From a virus, in IMG/VR virus record IMGVR_UViG_3300028920_000037, positions 64,001 through 128,000 of that record: DNA of 64,000 nt. The stretch is one strand, 5' to 3'. The translations under genes were made by a program, and so were the position numbers. The notes beneath the pieces were generated by a model. It ran no database searches, was not told where the DNA came from, and saw only the letters and a list, made by a program, of their open reading frames with translations. The first letter of the stretch is position 1. Every line of letters begins with the position of its first letter. Below are positions 39,356 to 48,905 of this stretch, in pieces.

Positions 39356-39721
39356 ATGCGATTGACTGTACTGAAGAGTAAGATCCACGGCGCCATTGTT
39401 ACGGGAGCAAACCAAGAGTACATGGGGAGCATCTCGATCGATCCTGTTCTCATGGAGGGCGCAAACATCCTATCGAACGAGCAGGTACACGTCTGGAACG
39501 TCACAAACGGTGAGCGCATCATTACGTATGCGATTCCGGCGTCTGAACAGCAAGGTTCGATCTGCATCAACGGCGCAGCTGCACACCTGTTCTCGTCTGG
39601 CGACAAGGTGATCATCGCTACGTTCTGTGAGATGGACGCCTGGAAGGCGAACGAATACACACCTATCGTTTTAATCATGGATGGGCTGAACAGCAACCGC
39701 GTTAAGGAGAAGCGTCAGTGA
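39356..39721 (+). CDS. panD: aspartate 1-decarboxylase (pyruvoyl)
   Basis: LKSKIH, Y.G|SISID autocleavage site, NGER..TY.I, ICINGAAA. Confidence 0.93.
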   Translation: MRLTVLKSKIHGAIVTGANQEYMGSISIDPVLMEGANILSNEQVHVWNVTNGERIITYAIPASEQQGSICINGAAAHLFSSGDKVIIATFCEMDAWKANEYTPIVLIMDGLNSNRVKEKRQ

Positions 39722-39963
39722 TGAATGTCTTTGAAGACGATGAAGAGCCTCACGACCGCGTTGCCGACGCCGTGTTCGAACTCATTGTACATGCGTCGAG
39801 AGATGGTGAAAATGTGTGGAAGCAGATGTGGTTGAAACTGACGCCGTCTGAGGTTAGAAACGTCATCGAAGATCCTGATGCGTACACAAAGATGATCGAA
39901 TCGCTCGCACCCAGGATCCACGACCAACTCGAGTCGATCGTGGACAAGATCGAGTACGTATGA
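39718..39963 (+). CDS. hypothetical protein
   Basis: Packed ORF. Confidence 0.5.
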   Translation: MMNVFEDDEEPHDRVADAVFELIVHASRDGENVWKQMWLKLTPSEVRNVIEDPDAYTKMIESLAPRIHDQLESIVDKIEYV

Positions 39964-40145
39964 AACCAACAGACGAAAGAGGAAGCATGAAGAAGCTTCT
40001 GGCGCAATTTGTGTTGCAAACTGATATTGTTGTTGAAATCAAATCAATCAACAACTAAAATACGCAAGTGATGCAATATCGTTTGGAAGGACATCAACGT
40101 GCCATTTCCCAACGATTGAAATTGATCGTGGATTTCCATAGAAAC

Positions 40146-41447
40146 ATGAAGAAATTACTGATACAAACACAATTAAGCAACTACGATACACAAGGTAAAT
40201 TTATCCTTGAGTGCGATAGCGGGTACAACATGATGATGGGTAGAACTAGAGTTCTCCTTCAACAAGTTCCTGACTTGAAGGTCTTCATCACAGGTCCTCA
40301 GCTAAACCAATGTAGAACCTCGCCGTATGATCTCAACGCCGATCTGTTCAATGATTTTGGCAACAGGTTGAAGTACATCCCGCTGCTGCTGATCCCGAAC
40401 GCCCTTGCTACGCGTTACGATTTTGTGTTCGAAGACATCGCACGAGCGTTGGACCTGGGCGAAGATGGGCATGAACCATTTACACACGTCTTCATCAACG
40501 ATCCGATGTTGTTGAGGAACTTTCAGGCCCTGTTCTTCCTCAAGGGAAAGTACAGACCGAAGTACATCGTCCATTCGCACTTCATCGACAATCCAGAGTG
40601 TCCGAAGTTCCCGACCGAGGCTTCGCTCTGGATGGGACAGATGGAAGCAGCGTTCAAGGCTGACTTCAACTTCTGGCAGTGCGAATCGTCGCTGCAGGTG
40701 TTCCTCAAATCTGCGATGAACTGGCTGTGTGAGGACCTGGTCGCTGTGATCAGGCACAAGTCACTTCCTTGGGACGATGGGTACAGCAGTGAGGAGATAA
40801 ACTCTCCAATCAATATGAACAACGTCAGGTTTGATGTAAATGACCTAGCACGAAAGACGGTAGGCAAGACTGTCGTTTTCGTACCGAACAGGATCGGTGG
40901 TTTTGGTCGCAGCAGCGACTACACGAACTGTGGAAGGTTCATGTTTGAGACGGTACCTCGTGTGCGGAAGATGAGGGACGACTTCGTCGTCATCGCTGGA
41001 AATCCGAGCCAGAAGATCCTGAACCACGAGCTCGAGGAGCTATGTCCGGCGTTCCTCAACCTTGTTCCGGATGCATTGAACAGAGACGAGTACAAGTACG
41101 TTGCAAGGCACATTCAGGACATCAGTGTCGGACTCTACAACCAGGACAGCTACGGTGGCACGGCAGCTCGTGAGCTCTGCGACGTAGGAACGATCCCACT
41201 GTGGGTCGACAACTATGAGTACACCCAGATTGCGCTCCTTGCCGGTTTACCGAAGGACATGATGATCGCTCCTGACCTCTCCAATATGGATGAGACGCTC
41301 GTGTTTATGCTTGACTGGATTTCTCAAGTCAAGCATGATGCTCCTGAAGAGATCAAAGGCTGGCATGATCGTCTTAGCGATGTTGTCTACAGGCGTTGTT
41401 CATACGAGGCGACATCCGACGAGGCGATCCGGCACATGGGTCTTTGA
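40146..41447 (+). CDS. putative glycosyltransferase (GT-B-like)
   Basis: About 430 aa with a two-domain alpha/beta pattern, VFVPNRI, LNRDEY...YGGTAARE...G.IPL. Adjacent to an NDP-sugar epimerase. Confidence 0.6.
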   Translation: MKKLLIQTQLSNYDTQGKFILECDSGYNMMMGRTRVLLQQVPDLKVFITGPQLNQCRTSPYDLNADLFNDFGNRLKYIPLLLIPNALATRYDFVFEDIARALDLGEDGHEPFTHVFINDPMLLRNFQALFFLKGKYRPKYIVHSHFIDNPECPKFPTEASLWMGQMEAAFKADFNFWQCESSLQVFLKSAMNWLCEDLVAVIRHKSLPWDDGYSSEEINSPINMNNVRFDVNDLARKTVGKTVVFVPNRIGGFGRSSDYTNCGRFMFETVPRVRKMRDDFVVIAGNPSQKILNHELEELCPAFLNLVPDALNRDEYKYVARHIQDISVGLYNQDSYGGTAARELCDVGTIPLWVDNYEYTQIALLAGLPKDMMIAPDLSNMDETLVFMLDWISQVKHDAPEEIKGWHDRLSDVVYRRCSYEATSDEAIRHMGL

Positions 41448-41472
41448 ACACCGTGTGCGTGAGTTGTACAAT
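41444..41472 (+). promoter_or_regulatory. sigma70-like promoter
   Basis: TTGAAC-N17-TACAAT, with ATG at 41481. Confidence 0.7.
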
Positions 41473-41480
41473 ATTCATGT

Positions 41481-42440
41481 ATGTCAAAACGTGTCTTGAT
41501 CACAGGTGGCGCGGGCTTCATCGGTAGCAACCTAGCCCGTCGCTGTGTTGATGAAGGATATAAGGTTGTCGTAGTCGATAACCTTTCAAATGGCCATAGG
41601 GAGTTCCTGCCCTATGGTCTCGATGAGTTTTGGGAGGACGACTTCTCGGCGGAGTGGGTCCTTGGCGTCGTCTCATCGGGGGTGTTTGATACCATTTTCC
41701 ACGTCGCGGCTGTACCGCGTGTCAGCTACTCGGTCGAACACCCGATTGAGACGAACGAGACGAACGTATCGAAGACACTCGCTTTGATAGACGCTGCAAA
41801 AGAGAAGACGCGAAGGTTCATCTTTTCGTCCTCGTCAAGCGTCTACGGCGGAGCAGACGTGCTGCCGACGCCAGAGACCGAACCGTTCAACGCAAAATCA
41901 CCTTACGCGTTGCAGAAGGTCATCATTGAGCAGTACCTGAAACTGTATCACGACATCTACGGGCTCGATAGCTGCAGCCTGCGCTACTTCAACGTCTTCG
42001 GACCGAACCAGCTAGGAGATTCTCCTTACGCGACTGCTGTAAGCGCGTGGTTGACGGCGATCTTCAAGGGAGGTGAATGCCGAAGTGATGGCAACGGTGG
42101 GCAGTCAAGGGATATGTGCTATGTTGACAACGTTGTTGAAGCAAACATGCTTGCGATGAAGAAGTCAAGCTACCTCGGTGCAGAATCATACAACGTTGCG
42201 TGTGGCGACAGTACGACGAATAACGAGATCCTTGAACACCTCAAGGAACGCTTCGGTAACAAGGTCAAGGTCAAGAACGCACCGTGGCGACCCGGCGATG
42301 TCATGCACACCCAGGCTGACATCACAAAGATCCACAACGACCTTGGATACGATGTGAAGGTTAGGTTTTGGGACGGCCTCGACAGGACAATCGCGTGGTT
42401 CGAGGGTTCGAAGCTTGCAAAGCTTAACGGGAAGGTGTAG
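41481..42440 (+). CDS. NAD-dependent NDP-sugar epimerase (GalE/WbpP-like)
   Basis: TGGAGFIGS, SSSSVYG, YALQK, LRYFNVFGP. Confidence 0.9.
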   Translation: MSKRVLITGGAGFIGSNLARRCVDEGYKVVVVDNLSNGHREFLPYGLDEFWEDDFSAEWVLGVVSSGVFDTIFHVAAVPRVSYSVEHPIETNETNVSKTLALIDAAKEKTRRFIFSSSSSVYGGADVLPTPETEPFNAKSPYALQKVIIEQYLKLYHDIYGLDSCSLRYFNVFGPNQLGDSPYATAVSAWLTAIFKGGECRSDGNGGQSRDMCYVDNVVEANMLAMKKSSYLGAESYNVACGDSTTNNEILEHLKERFGNKVKVKNAPWRPGDVMHTQADITKIHNDLGYDVKVRFWDGLDRTIAWFEGSKLAKLNGKV

Positions 42441-42449
42441 GTTGTAAGC

Positions 42450-42689
42450 ATGTCCGCTGAGCTGCTCTCCATGCTCGATGGCAAGAGAGGTACGTCTGTT
42501 TTGCTGTCAATGAACGTACACGGATACGCGTTCCTGACGCTCATGGAACCGATTGGACTCGATATGTCTCCGGGAGGAAGCATTTCGTATACGTTCGCTC
42601 CAGATGAGGACGGCCTGAGAAACGCTCGATCGTTTGTTGAATCGCTACAACAGTGGATCGAGCACATCGAGTTAACGGAAAAGAAATGA
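42450..42689 (+). CDS. hypothetical protein
   Basis: Packed ORF. Confidence 0.5.
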   Translation: MSAELLSMLDGKRGTSVLLSMNVHGYAFLTLMEPIGLDMSPGGSISYTFAPDEDGLRNARSFVESLQQWIEHIELTEKK

Positions 42690-42891
42690 GCACATACGTG
42701 ACAAGTGATGCGTGGCATCGTCTCTGCTGTGAGTTAGACCTTCGAAAAGCTGTCTTTGAAACGCTTGCAAACATTGGCAGCGAAATGAATTTTCAGCTTC
42801 CACCAGAAGAGTTACTAAAACTTGTGATGAAACGTTCGAAGGGAACATTGGATCCTGCGGTCGCAAAGACGTACATTGAAGGGCTTTACAA

Positions 42892-43923
42892 ATGACGTTG
42901 CACATATATGAAAACTTCACCGATGCATACCGTGGCCTTCTTGAGGACGTCTATTCTTCTCCTGAATTTGTTTGCGCGCCGCGCGCGCAAAAGATAAAGG
43001 AAAAGCTCGGTGTTCGATTCGTGATTACGAATCCACTCGCCAGGCTTCCATTCATCAGACCCCGCGACTTTGCAGTCAACTACATTGTCGCTGAAGGTAT
43101 CTGGTACTTCGCCGGTATTGAGCTCACAGAGTGGATCTCGTACTACAGCAAGTTCTGGGAAAAGATCAGCGATGACGGTAGGAACGCGAATTCTGCGTAC
43201 GGCGCGAGGATATTCAAACCTCACAAACGAGCGGGAAAAGATCCAACAAACCAGCTTGATAGCTGGACACAGTGGGACTGGTGCATTAAGGAGCTGGTGA
43301 ACGATAACGACTCGCGTAGGGCGGTCGTGCACATCAGGAACCCTCTCGATTCTCGGTACGCTGTGAAGGATGTTCCTTGTACCCTCACGTTGCAGTTTTT
43401 CCTGAGGGACGACAAGGTCCACCTCTGTGTGGCGATGCGATCGTCTGACCTTTGGTTGGGCATCGCAAATGACGTTCCGGCGTTCACGCTCTTTCAAGAG
43501 CTAATGGCGATCGACCTTGAAAAAAGGCTTCGTCGTCCAATCGACGTCGGCACGTACACCCACATCAGCAACTCACTGCACATCTACGAACGTAACTTCA
43601 AGAAAGTTGAAGAGGTGATCGAGGAACCAGAATCCGAGCGCTCTGGGTCGATATCTATGCCCAAGATGCCGTCAGCCCCGCCGCTTGAAATGCTTCTCAT
43701 AGCAGAACAGGACATTCGAGGTGCTACGTCTACCGAAGAGGTTGGACGTCATGTCGCTGTCTTCTCTGATCTGGCAGCGTTGCATGGGACCATCGAACGC
43801 TACTGGGTCGATTGGATCAAGGTGCTTGCAAGTCATCGCTGCGGCAAGCTCGACGACAAAGATGCTCAGAGGCGTTTTCTTGATGAAACATCATGGGAAG
43901 GCTACCACTTCTTCGACAGGTGA
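42892..43923 (+). CDS. thymidylate-synthase homolog, probable dCMP hydroxymethylase/methylase
   Basis: SRRA, DVPCT (catalytic Cys), MRSSDLWLGIAND (Asp at the specificity position), SLHIYE. Confidence 0.8.
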   Translation: MTLHIYENFTDAYRGLLEDVYSSPEFVCAPRAQKIKEKLGVRFVITNPLARLPFIRPRDFAVNYIVAEGIWYFAGIELTEWISYYSKFWEKISDDGRNANSAYGARIFKPHKRAGKDPTNQLDSWTQWDWCIKELVNDNDSRRAVVHIRNPLDSRYAVKDVPCTLTLQFFLRDDKVHLCVAMRSSDLWLGIANDVPAFTLFQELMAIDLEKRLRRPIDVGTYTHISNSLHIYERNFKKVEEVIEEPESERSGSISMPKMPSAPPLEMLLIAEQDIRGATSTEEVGRHVAVFSDLAALHGTIERYWVDWIKVLASHRCGKLDDKDAQRRFLDETSWEGYHFFDR

Positions 43924-43926
43924 CAC

Positions 43927-44508
43927 ATGACATGCATCATTGGGCTTGAGTGCGACGGCGAGGTCTACGTTGGAACCGACAGTGCGTTGAGTGACACATG
44001 GACGATCTCGTCACTTGCGGCTCGTGAGAAGGTTTTCGTCAAGCACGACATGATCTTCGGAGTCTGTGGCTCGATGAGGTTGGCGCAGCTGCTACACCAC
44101 GCCTTGGAGGTTCCAGAGCACGAGGAAGAAAAGGATGTCATGTCATACCTTGTTGTTGACTTTGTCGACTCTCTGAGGGAGATGCTCAAGGACAAGGGAA
44201 CTCTGTACACGTCGGATGATGAAGGCAAAGTTGAGTACCTGCCGAACTCAGCGTTCATCCTTGGATACGGTGGCAAGGTCTATGTCGTTGATGAGGACAT
44301 GCAGGTGTCTCGTTCGGTCGGTGGGTTCATGTGCGAAGGCTCGGGCAAGGAGGTCGCAACCGGAGCGATGCAGGTCCTAAAGGACAGGCACGACCTCACG
44401 CCCGAGGATAAGATCAGAAAGGCGCTCGAGGCGAGTGCCCTTCACACGTGCTATGTCCAAGGACCCTTCCATGTCATGAAACTGTCGGACGATGACGATG
44501 ACGACTGA
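43927..44508 (+). CDS. HslV/proteasome beta-like Ntn peptidase
   Basis: M-TCIIG N-terminal Thr, GTDS, KVF, GSG. Confidence 0.75.
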   Translation: MTCIIGLECDGEVYVGTDSALSDTWTISSLAAREKVFVKHDMIFGVCGSMRLAQLLHHALEVPEHEEEKDVMSYLVVDFVDSLREMLKDKGTLYTSDDEGKVEYLPNSAFILGYGGKVYVVDEDMQVSRSVGGFMCEGSGKEVATGAMQVLKDRHDLTPEDKIRKALEASALHTCYVQGPFHVMKLSDDDDDD

Positions 44509-44777
44509 TATTTGTGGCGTTTGTGGAGCCTTGCTGTTACGAAACAGTGGCTACAGTCTACCTTCGGACGAGATGTGTAGGGCGTCAGGGAAAAGGGGCG
44601 GTGAGCTGAAGATCTGCGCTGACGGATCGATCAAGATCTGGCACTATGGGCTACGTAAGTGGGTCGAGACCGAACCTTGCGGCACGTACGGATGCGCAAG
44701 GTTGAAGGTAAACGACCTTCTGTCGGTCGTGCATCAAAGAATACCTGGAAGATCCAGATGCATTCAAGTGAGATGAG

Positions 44778-45347
44778 ATGAATCCTGAGTTCATAATTTA
44801 TTGTGGCCCAATGTTTTCGACGAAGACCACTTCAATGTTCTTACGTCTAGAACGCTTTGAGCTCCAACATAGAGCCACACGGCTCTTCAAACCGATCGGC
44901 GATGAACGGTATAGCACCGACGAGGTCGTTACGCACTCTGGCTGGAAACGTCCGGCAACAAGGGTCTCTAAGGGCCTTGACATCCTGAAGCAGATCGAAG
45001 AGGACCCGCCGAGCATTGTTGCAGTCGATGAGGCGTTTATGATACAGGACGTCTACAAGGTCCTCCCGTGGTTGTTCAAGAACGGTGTGACGATTGTCGT
45101 CGCTAGTCTTGATCTTGCGTTCAACGGAAAGTCGTTCAAGGAGGTCGAAAAGATGCTGCCGTGGGCGACAGAGGTACACAAGTGTCCTGCGGTATGTACT
45201 GTCTGTGGCGCAAATGCGTTTTATACGCATAGAAAGACGTCTGACGATGAAGACATCATCGTAGGGGGCGCTGAGATGTACGAACCTAGATGTTTTTCTC
45301 ATCACCCTGTTATAAATGAGGGATTTGGAAATGTTTCTTCGCGTTGA
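44778..45347 (+). CDS. tdk: thymidine kinase (type II)
   Basis: GPMFSTKT, FKP..D.RY, VDEAF, CTVCG, VGG.E.YEPRC. Confidence 0.92.
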   Translation: MNPEFIIYCGPMFSTKTTSMFLRLERFELQHRATRLFKPIGDERYSTDEVVTHSGWKRPATRVSKGLDILKQIEEDPPSIVAVDEAFMIQDVYKVLPWLFKNGVTIVVASLDLAFNGKSFKEVEKMLPWATEVHKCPAVCTVCGANAFYTHRKTSDDEDIIVGGAEMYEPRCFSHHPVINEGFGNVSSR

Positions 45348-46569
45348 AAAGAATGGTCGCAAAAAGAAGCATATTATCAAATGCGATAACTGTGGTATCG
45401 AAGTTGAACGTTACGCCGCACATGCAAAAGGCAATGTTCACTTTTGCTCTAGAAGATGTAGCAATGCGGCAAAACGAGCGTCGATTCTCGTAACAAAAGC
45501 GTGTGAAACTTGCGGAAAAGAATTTATAAGGATCCCATCACTTTCTGGTCGCTATTGTTCCAAATCATGCGCAATAAAGTCACGATACGTCAACAAGTCA
45601 ACTTGGACAAAGGTTGCTTGTGACACGTGTGGGAAAACAATCGAAAAACGTAAGATCCACGTTGGCCAACGTTCATACTGTTCACGAGAGTGTTTGAGTA
45701 TTGGGCATGCTAAGACTCACTCTTCACATAACGTTCGATGTAACAAGGCAAAGGGTATAAAACGTGGAATCTATTTAACACTTGATGGTCGTTCGATCAA
45801 GTATGATTCTTCGTATGAACTTCGTCGTATGCGAGAATACGACTACATCATCGATGATGAACTTGAATCATGGGAACGATGTGATCTAATCGTACCTTAC
45901 ATCGATGTGAACGGCAAAAAGAGAAGTTATAATCCAGATTTTTTGCTTCGATACACTGATGGTTCTGTTGTTATCGAAGAAGTTAAGGGGCGTTTAACAG
46001 ACAATGATGTTTTGAAATTCAACGCGTTGATTTCGTATTGTGCACATCAAGGAGATAACGTACAGGCTAGGATGTTTTCAAATCCAGATTTTGATGATAT
46101 TGAGGTCAAAACAAGCGTGTACAAAAACGATTACGGTGTGTTTTCTAGGCCGACATTAGAGTACATCTTTATAAAGATGGCGCTTCTTCTCGCAGAACGT
46201 TCAACATGCCTTCGAAAGAAGGTAGGTGTTGTGTTTACAGATTCAGAGATGCGTCATGCGTACTGCGTTGGTTATAACGGAGATGAAAAGGGTGGCAAAA
46301 ATCAATGTGAATCCCTTGATCCCGGGAAGTGTAACTGCATACACGCAGAAATTAACGCATTGACGAAGAATAATATTGACATTACAGGATGTACGTGTTT
46401 TGTCACCCTGGCACCATGTCCGGTTTGTGCTAAGGTTTTGATTAATCGTGGCGTCAAAAAAGTGATTTATCACGAAGCATATAGAAATTCGAGAGGATTA
46501 CAACTGCTTCATCAGCGTGGTGTTGAAGTCGTAAAGTATGCTTCTTTAGAAACAACGTCTGGTTCCTAG
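45331..46569 (+). CDS. fusion of Zn-finger repeats, a TnsA-like endonuclease and dCMP deaminase
   Basis: Three CxxC...CSxxC repeats, YDSSYE..YNPDF..EEVKG, then RSTC, GYNG, HAE.NA, PC..C. Confidence 0.82.
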   Translation: MFLRVEKNGRKKKHIIKCDNCGIEVERYAAHAKGNVHFCSRRCSNAAKRASILVTKACETCGKEFIRIPSLSGRYCSKSCAIKSRYVNKSTWTKVACDTCGKTIEKRKIHVGQRSYCSRECLSIGHAKTHSSHNVRCNKAKGIKRGIYLTLDGRSIKYDSSYELRRMREYDYIIDDELESWERCDLIVPYIDVNGKKRSYNPDFLLRYTDGSVVIEEVKGRLTDNDVLKFNALISYCAHQGDNVQARMFSNPDFDDIEVKTSVYKNDYGVFSRPTLEYIFIKMALLLAERSTCLRKKVGVVFTDSEMRHAYCVGYNGDEKGGKNQCESLDPGKCNCIHAEINALTKNNIDITGCTCFVTLAPCPVCAKVLINRGVKKVIYHEAYRNSRGLQLLHQRGVEVVKYASLETTSGS

Positions 46570-46584
46570 TAGGTAAGTACTTCT

Positions 46585-46905
46585 ATGCAACTAGATGAGG
46601 GTGTTGTCATCAGGATCATCCGCGAGGAGTATTCTCAACAGGTCGCTGAGGCGCTGAACGCTATCAAGTCTGTTTCCGGTGAGGACAAGAACGTCCTTGA
46701 CGCGGGCCTGAAGCTCAAGCTAAAGAAGAACGATACAGAACGGAAGCTTCCGAAGGGCACGCTGTATACCATCAAGTCGGTCGGAAACGACGGGGTCGTT
46801 GTCATTCGTATTAAGTCTGACGAGGAACCCGAGGTCGACTCATACGAGGCAAAGGAACGAGTAGTTTCATACGAAGACCTCGAACGTGACTTTGAACTCG
46901 ACTGA
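46585..46905 (+). CDS. hypothetical protein with IRIIREE N-terminus
   Basis: MQLDEGVVIRIIREEY. Confidence 0.65.
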   Translation: MQLDEGVVIRIIREEYSQQVAEALNAIKSVSGEDKNVLDAGLKLKLKKNDTERKLPKGTLYTIKSVGNDGVVVIRIKSDEEPEVDSYEAKERVVSYEDLERDFELD

Positions 46906-46926
46906 CGCGCTATTTAAGGTGAGGAC

Positions 46927-47652
46927 ATGGGCAAGAAAAAAAACGATGAACGTCCTGTCGTGAGCATCAGTGACAACAAACTGAGGCAGTTCGTTAAGGA
47001 CGCGGTATCCAAGCACGGAAACCTGAGTCCATTGGAGGAAGCGTACGTCTCTGAACCAAAGCCATTCAAGCAGGTTACAGACATGGTTTCTCAACGAACC
47101 AAGGACGGGCACCAGGAACTCTATAAGGGGTACGTTGACGCGTTGAACAGGACAGTCGCCGAGCTTGAGGCGATCGAAACGACCGGTGCAAACGCGATGC
47201 ATTCCGAATATAGGTCCGCTCGCCTTGATGAAACGTATAACCTGAACGCAAAGTGGCTGCATGAACTTTACTTTGCGAACTGCTTTGACCCGAATAGCAA
47301 CGTCTATATGGACTCTCAGGCGTTTATCAGGTTATCGCGCGACTTCGGAAACTTCGAACGTTGGCAGAAGGATTTCATCGCGTGTGCTCTAAGCGCCGGC
47401 GAAGGCTGGGCAGTCTGCGGCTACAACATGCACTTGAGGCGTTACACCAACACGTTCATCAGCCACCATTCTGGTGATGTGATGCTTGGGATGTTCCCGA
47501 TCGTCGTCCTCGACATGTGGTCGCATGCGTATCATAAGGACTACGTCATCGACAGGCAGAGCTACATTGTTGCAATGATGCGAGAGCTGAATTGGAATGT
47601 CATTGAGGACAGGATCGGTGTGGCCGAAAAGATCGCAGGAGTATTGAAGTGA
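46927..47652 (+). CDS. Fe/Mn superoxide dismutase-like protein
   Basis: H..LY.GYV, LHELYF, FG.FE.W..DF, GW, LDMWSHAY..DY, LNW. Confidence 0.8.
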   Translation: MGKKKNDERPVVSISDNKLRQFVKDAVSKHGNLSPLEEAYVSEPKPFKQVTDMVSQRTKDGHQELYKGYVDALNRTVAELEAIETTGANAMHSEYRSARLDETYNLNAKWLHELYFANCFDPNSNVYMDSQAFIRLSRDFGNFERWQKDFIACALSAGEGWAVCGYNMHLRRYTNTFISHHSGDVMLGMFPIVVLDMWSHAYHKDYVIDRQSYIVAMMRELNWNVIEDRIGVAEKIAGVLK

Positions 47653-48290
47653 AGACACTGAGCTTTGTAAAGCAGTACCTCAAGGACATGGTCCTCAAGG
47701 ACATGGTCCTCAAAGAAGCTGATGAGGGTGACGATGCCGTAACAGCTCCTGAACCTCCATCGACTGTTGAAGGCAACGATTCTCTCGATGTCCAGGTCGA
47801 TGGTTACCTTTCAGGGTACGAACAGGAAGCAGCTGAGATGGCTGCTACGGCCGAGGACCCCGGATCGCAGCTTGAGCACGTCGATTTCAGGCAAATGACG
47901 CGTGAGTTCCTGTTTGAGGCACCTGAGGACGAACAACCCGACGCCGCCGAACAGCAGGACGAAGAAGAACCAACGGGTGATGAGGAAGGCGACACCCATG
48001 TCGCTCCACCCGAGCCTCAAAAAAAGACACTCGGTGAAATCGACGTGCGAACATACGCTGAAAGCGTCTCACGGCTCATTGAGAACATCAACAGCTTGAT
48101 CGAGGTCAGGAATACTGTTCTGCGCCGAGCGATCAATCACCTCGGAAAGACGTACGACGAATCTGTGCAGGGGCAGCTTGAGATCGTACTTGAAGAGGAA
48201 TTTGGACTTGCAGTAGGCAAGTCACAGAAGGACCTCGAGGACGAAATTCAAGCCCCTCCAGCGGCGAACGCAGGCCCGTTGGGAGGGTGA
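47649..48290 (+). CDS. acidic hypothetical protein
   Basis: Packed ORF with a 15-bp in-frame duplication near the start. Confidence 0.65.
   Translation: MKTLSFVKQYLKDMVLKDMVLKEADEGDDAVTAPEPPSTVEGNDSLDVQVDGYLSGYEQEAAEMAATAEDPGSQLEHVDFRQMTREFLFEAPEDEQPDAAEQQDEEEPTGDEEGDTHVAPPEPQKKTLGEIDVRTYAESVSRLIENINSLIEVRNTVLRRAINHLGKTYDESVQGQLEIVLEEEFGLAVGKSQKDLEDEIQAPPAANAGPLGG
47678..47707 (+). repeat. 15-bp tandem duplication (LKDMV x2)
   Basis: cctcaaggacatggt x2. Confidence 0.9.
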
Positions 48291-48294
48291 CAAA

Positions 48295-48603
48295 TTGCGA
48301 ACCGATCTTTTTCAAGATCGAAAGTGCGTGCATGTAAAGCTCGAGAAGGAAACACACGCAGCGTTTCGTACGAGGTTGTTCACACATAACCTGAGCATGC
48401 AGGAAGTGTTTGACGCCTTTGCAAAGCTTGTTGTCGGTGGGGACAGCAGGGCGACAAGGATAATCGAAGACATCGTCGTCAAGAAGGTCGAAGCGCAGGT
48501 CAACGGAAAGATCAAGAGGCGACGTAAAAAGAACCATGTCTCTGAAAATGACAGGGACGTGCTGTATAACATGATAGAAGGGCAGGGACAATGCCAGGTT
48601 TGA
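48295..48603 (+). CDS. ribbon-helix-helix-like DNA-binding protein
   Basis: KCVHVKL..ETH..FR.......SMQEVF pattern. Confidence 0.5.
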   Translation: MRTDLFQDRKCVHVKLEKETHAAFRTRLFTHNLSMQEVFDAFAKLVVGGDSRATRIIEDIVVKKVEAQVNGKIKRRRKKNHVSENDRDVLYNMIEGQGQCQV

Positions 48604-48905
48604 TGGACAGGGCGAAATCGCTGGTTGAAGGAGCACGAAATAGAGTCGAGGTTGCTACCTTTCATGTGCTGAGGCACGTTCCAGGGTTTCGCGCCATCTA
48701 CGTCGACATCATGCGTCTTGCATACGGCGTGCAGTCGACGACTCAAGCTATCCAACACAATCACGCAATGATGGTGCGCCTCTTCAAGGAGGTTGCCGAG
48801 GCTCGAGATATGACGCAGCTCGTCCTGCGCAAGCTAGACGATGTATCGACAGACACCTCATTGCCACAGCTCTCCTCTGACAAGGTCGAGGATAAACCGA
48901 ATTGA
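48591..48905 (+). CDS. hypothetical protein
   Basis: Packed ORF. Confidence 0.55.
   Translation: MPGLMDRAKSLVEGARNRVEVATFHVLRHVPGFRAIYVDIMRLAYGVQSTTQAIQHNHAMMVRLFKEVAEARDMTQLVLRKLDDVSTDTSLPQLSSDKVEDKPN

Noticed and set aside
42892-43923. Calling this gene thyA
   Set aside because: It has Asp rather than Asn at the specificity position, and ThyX is already present.
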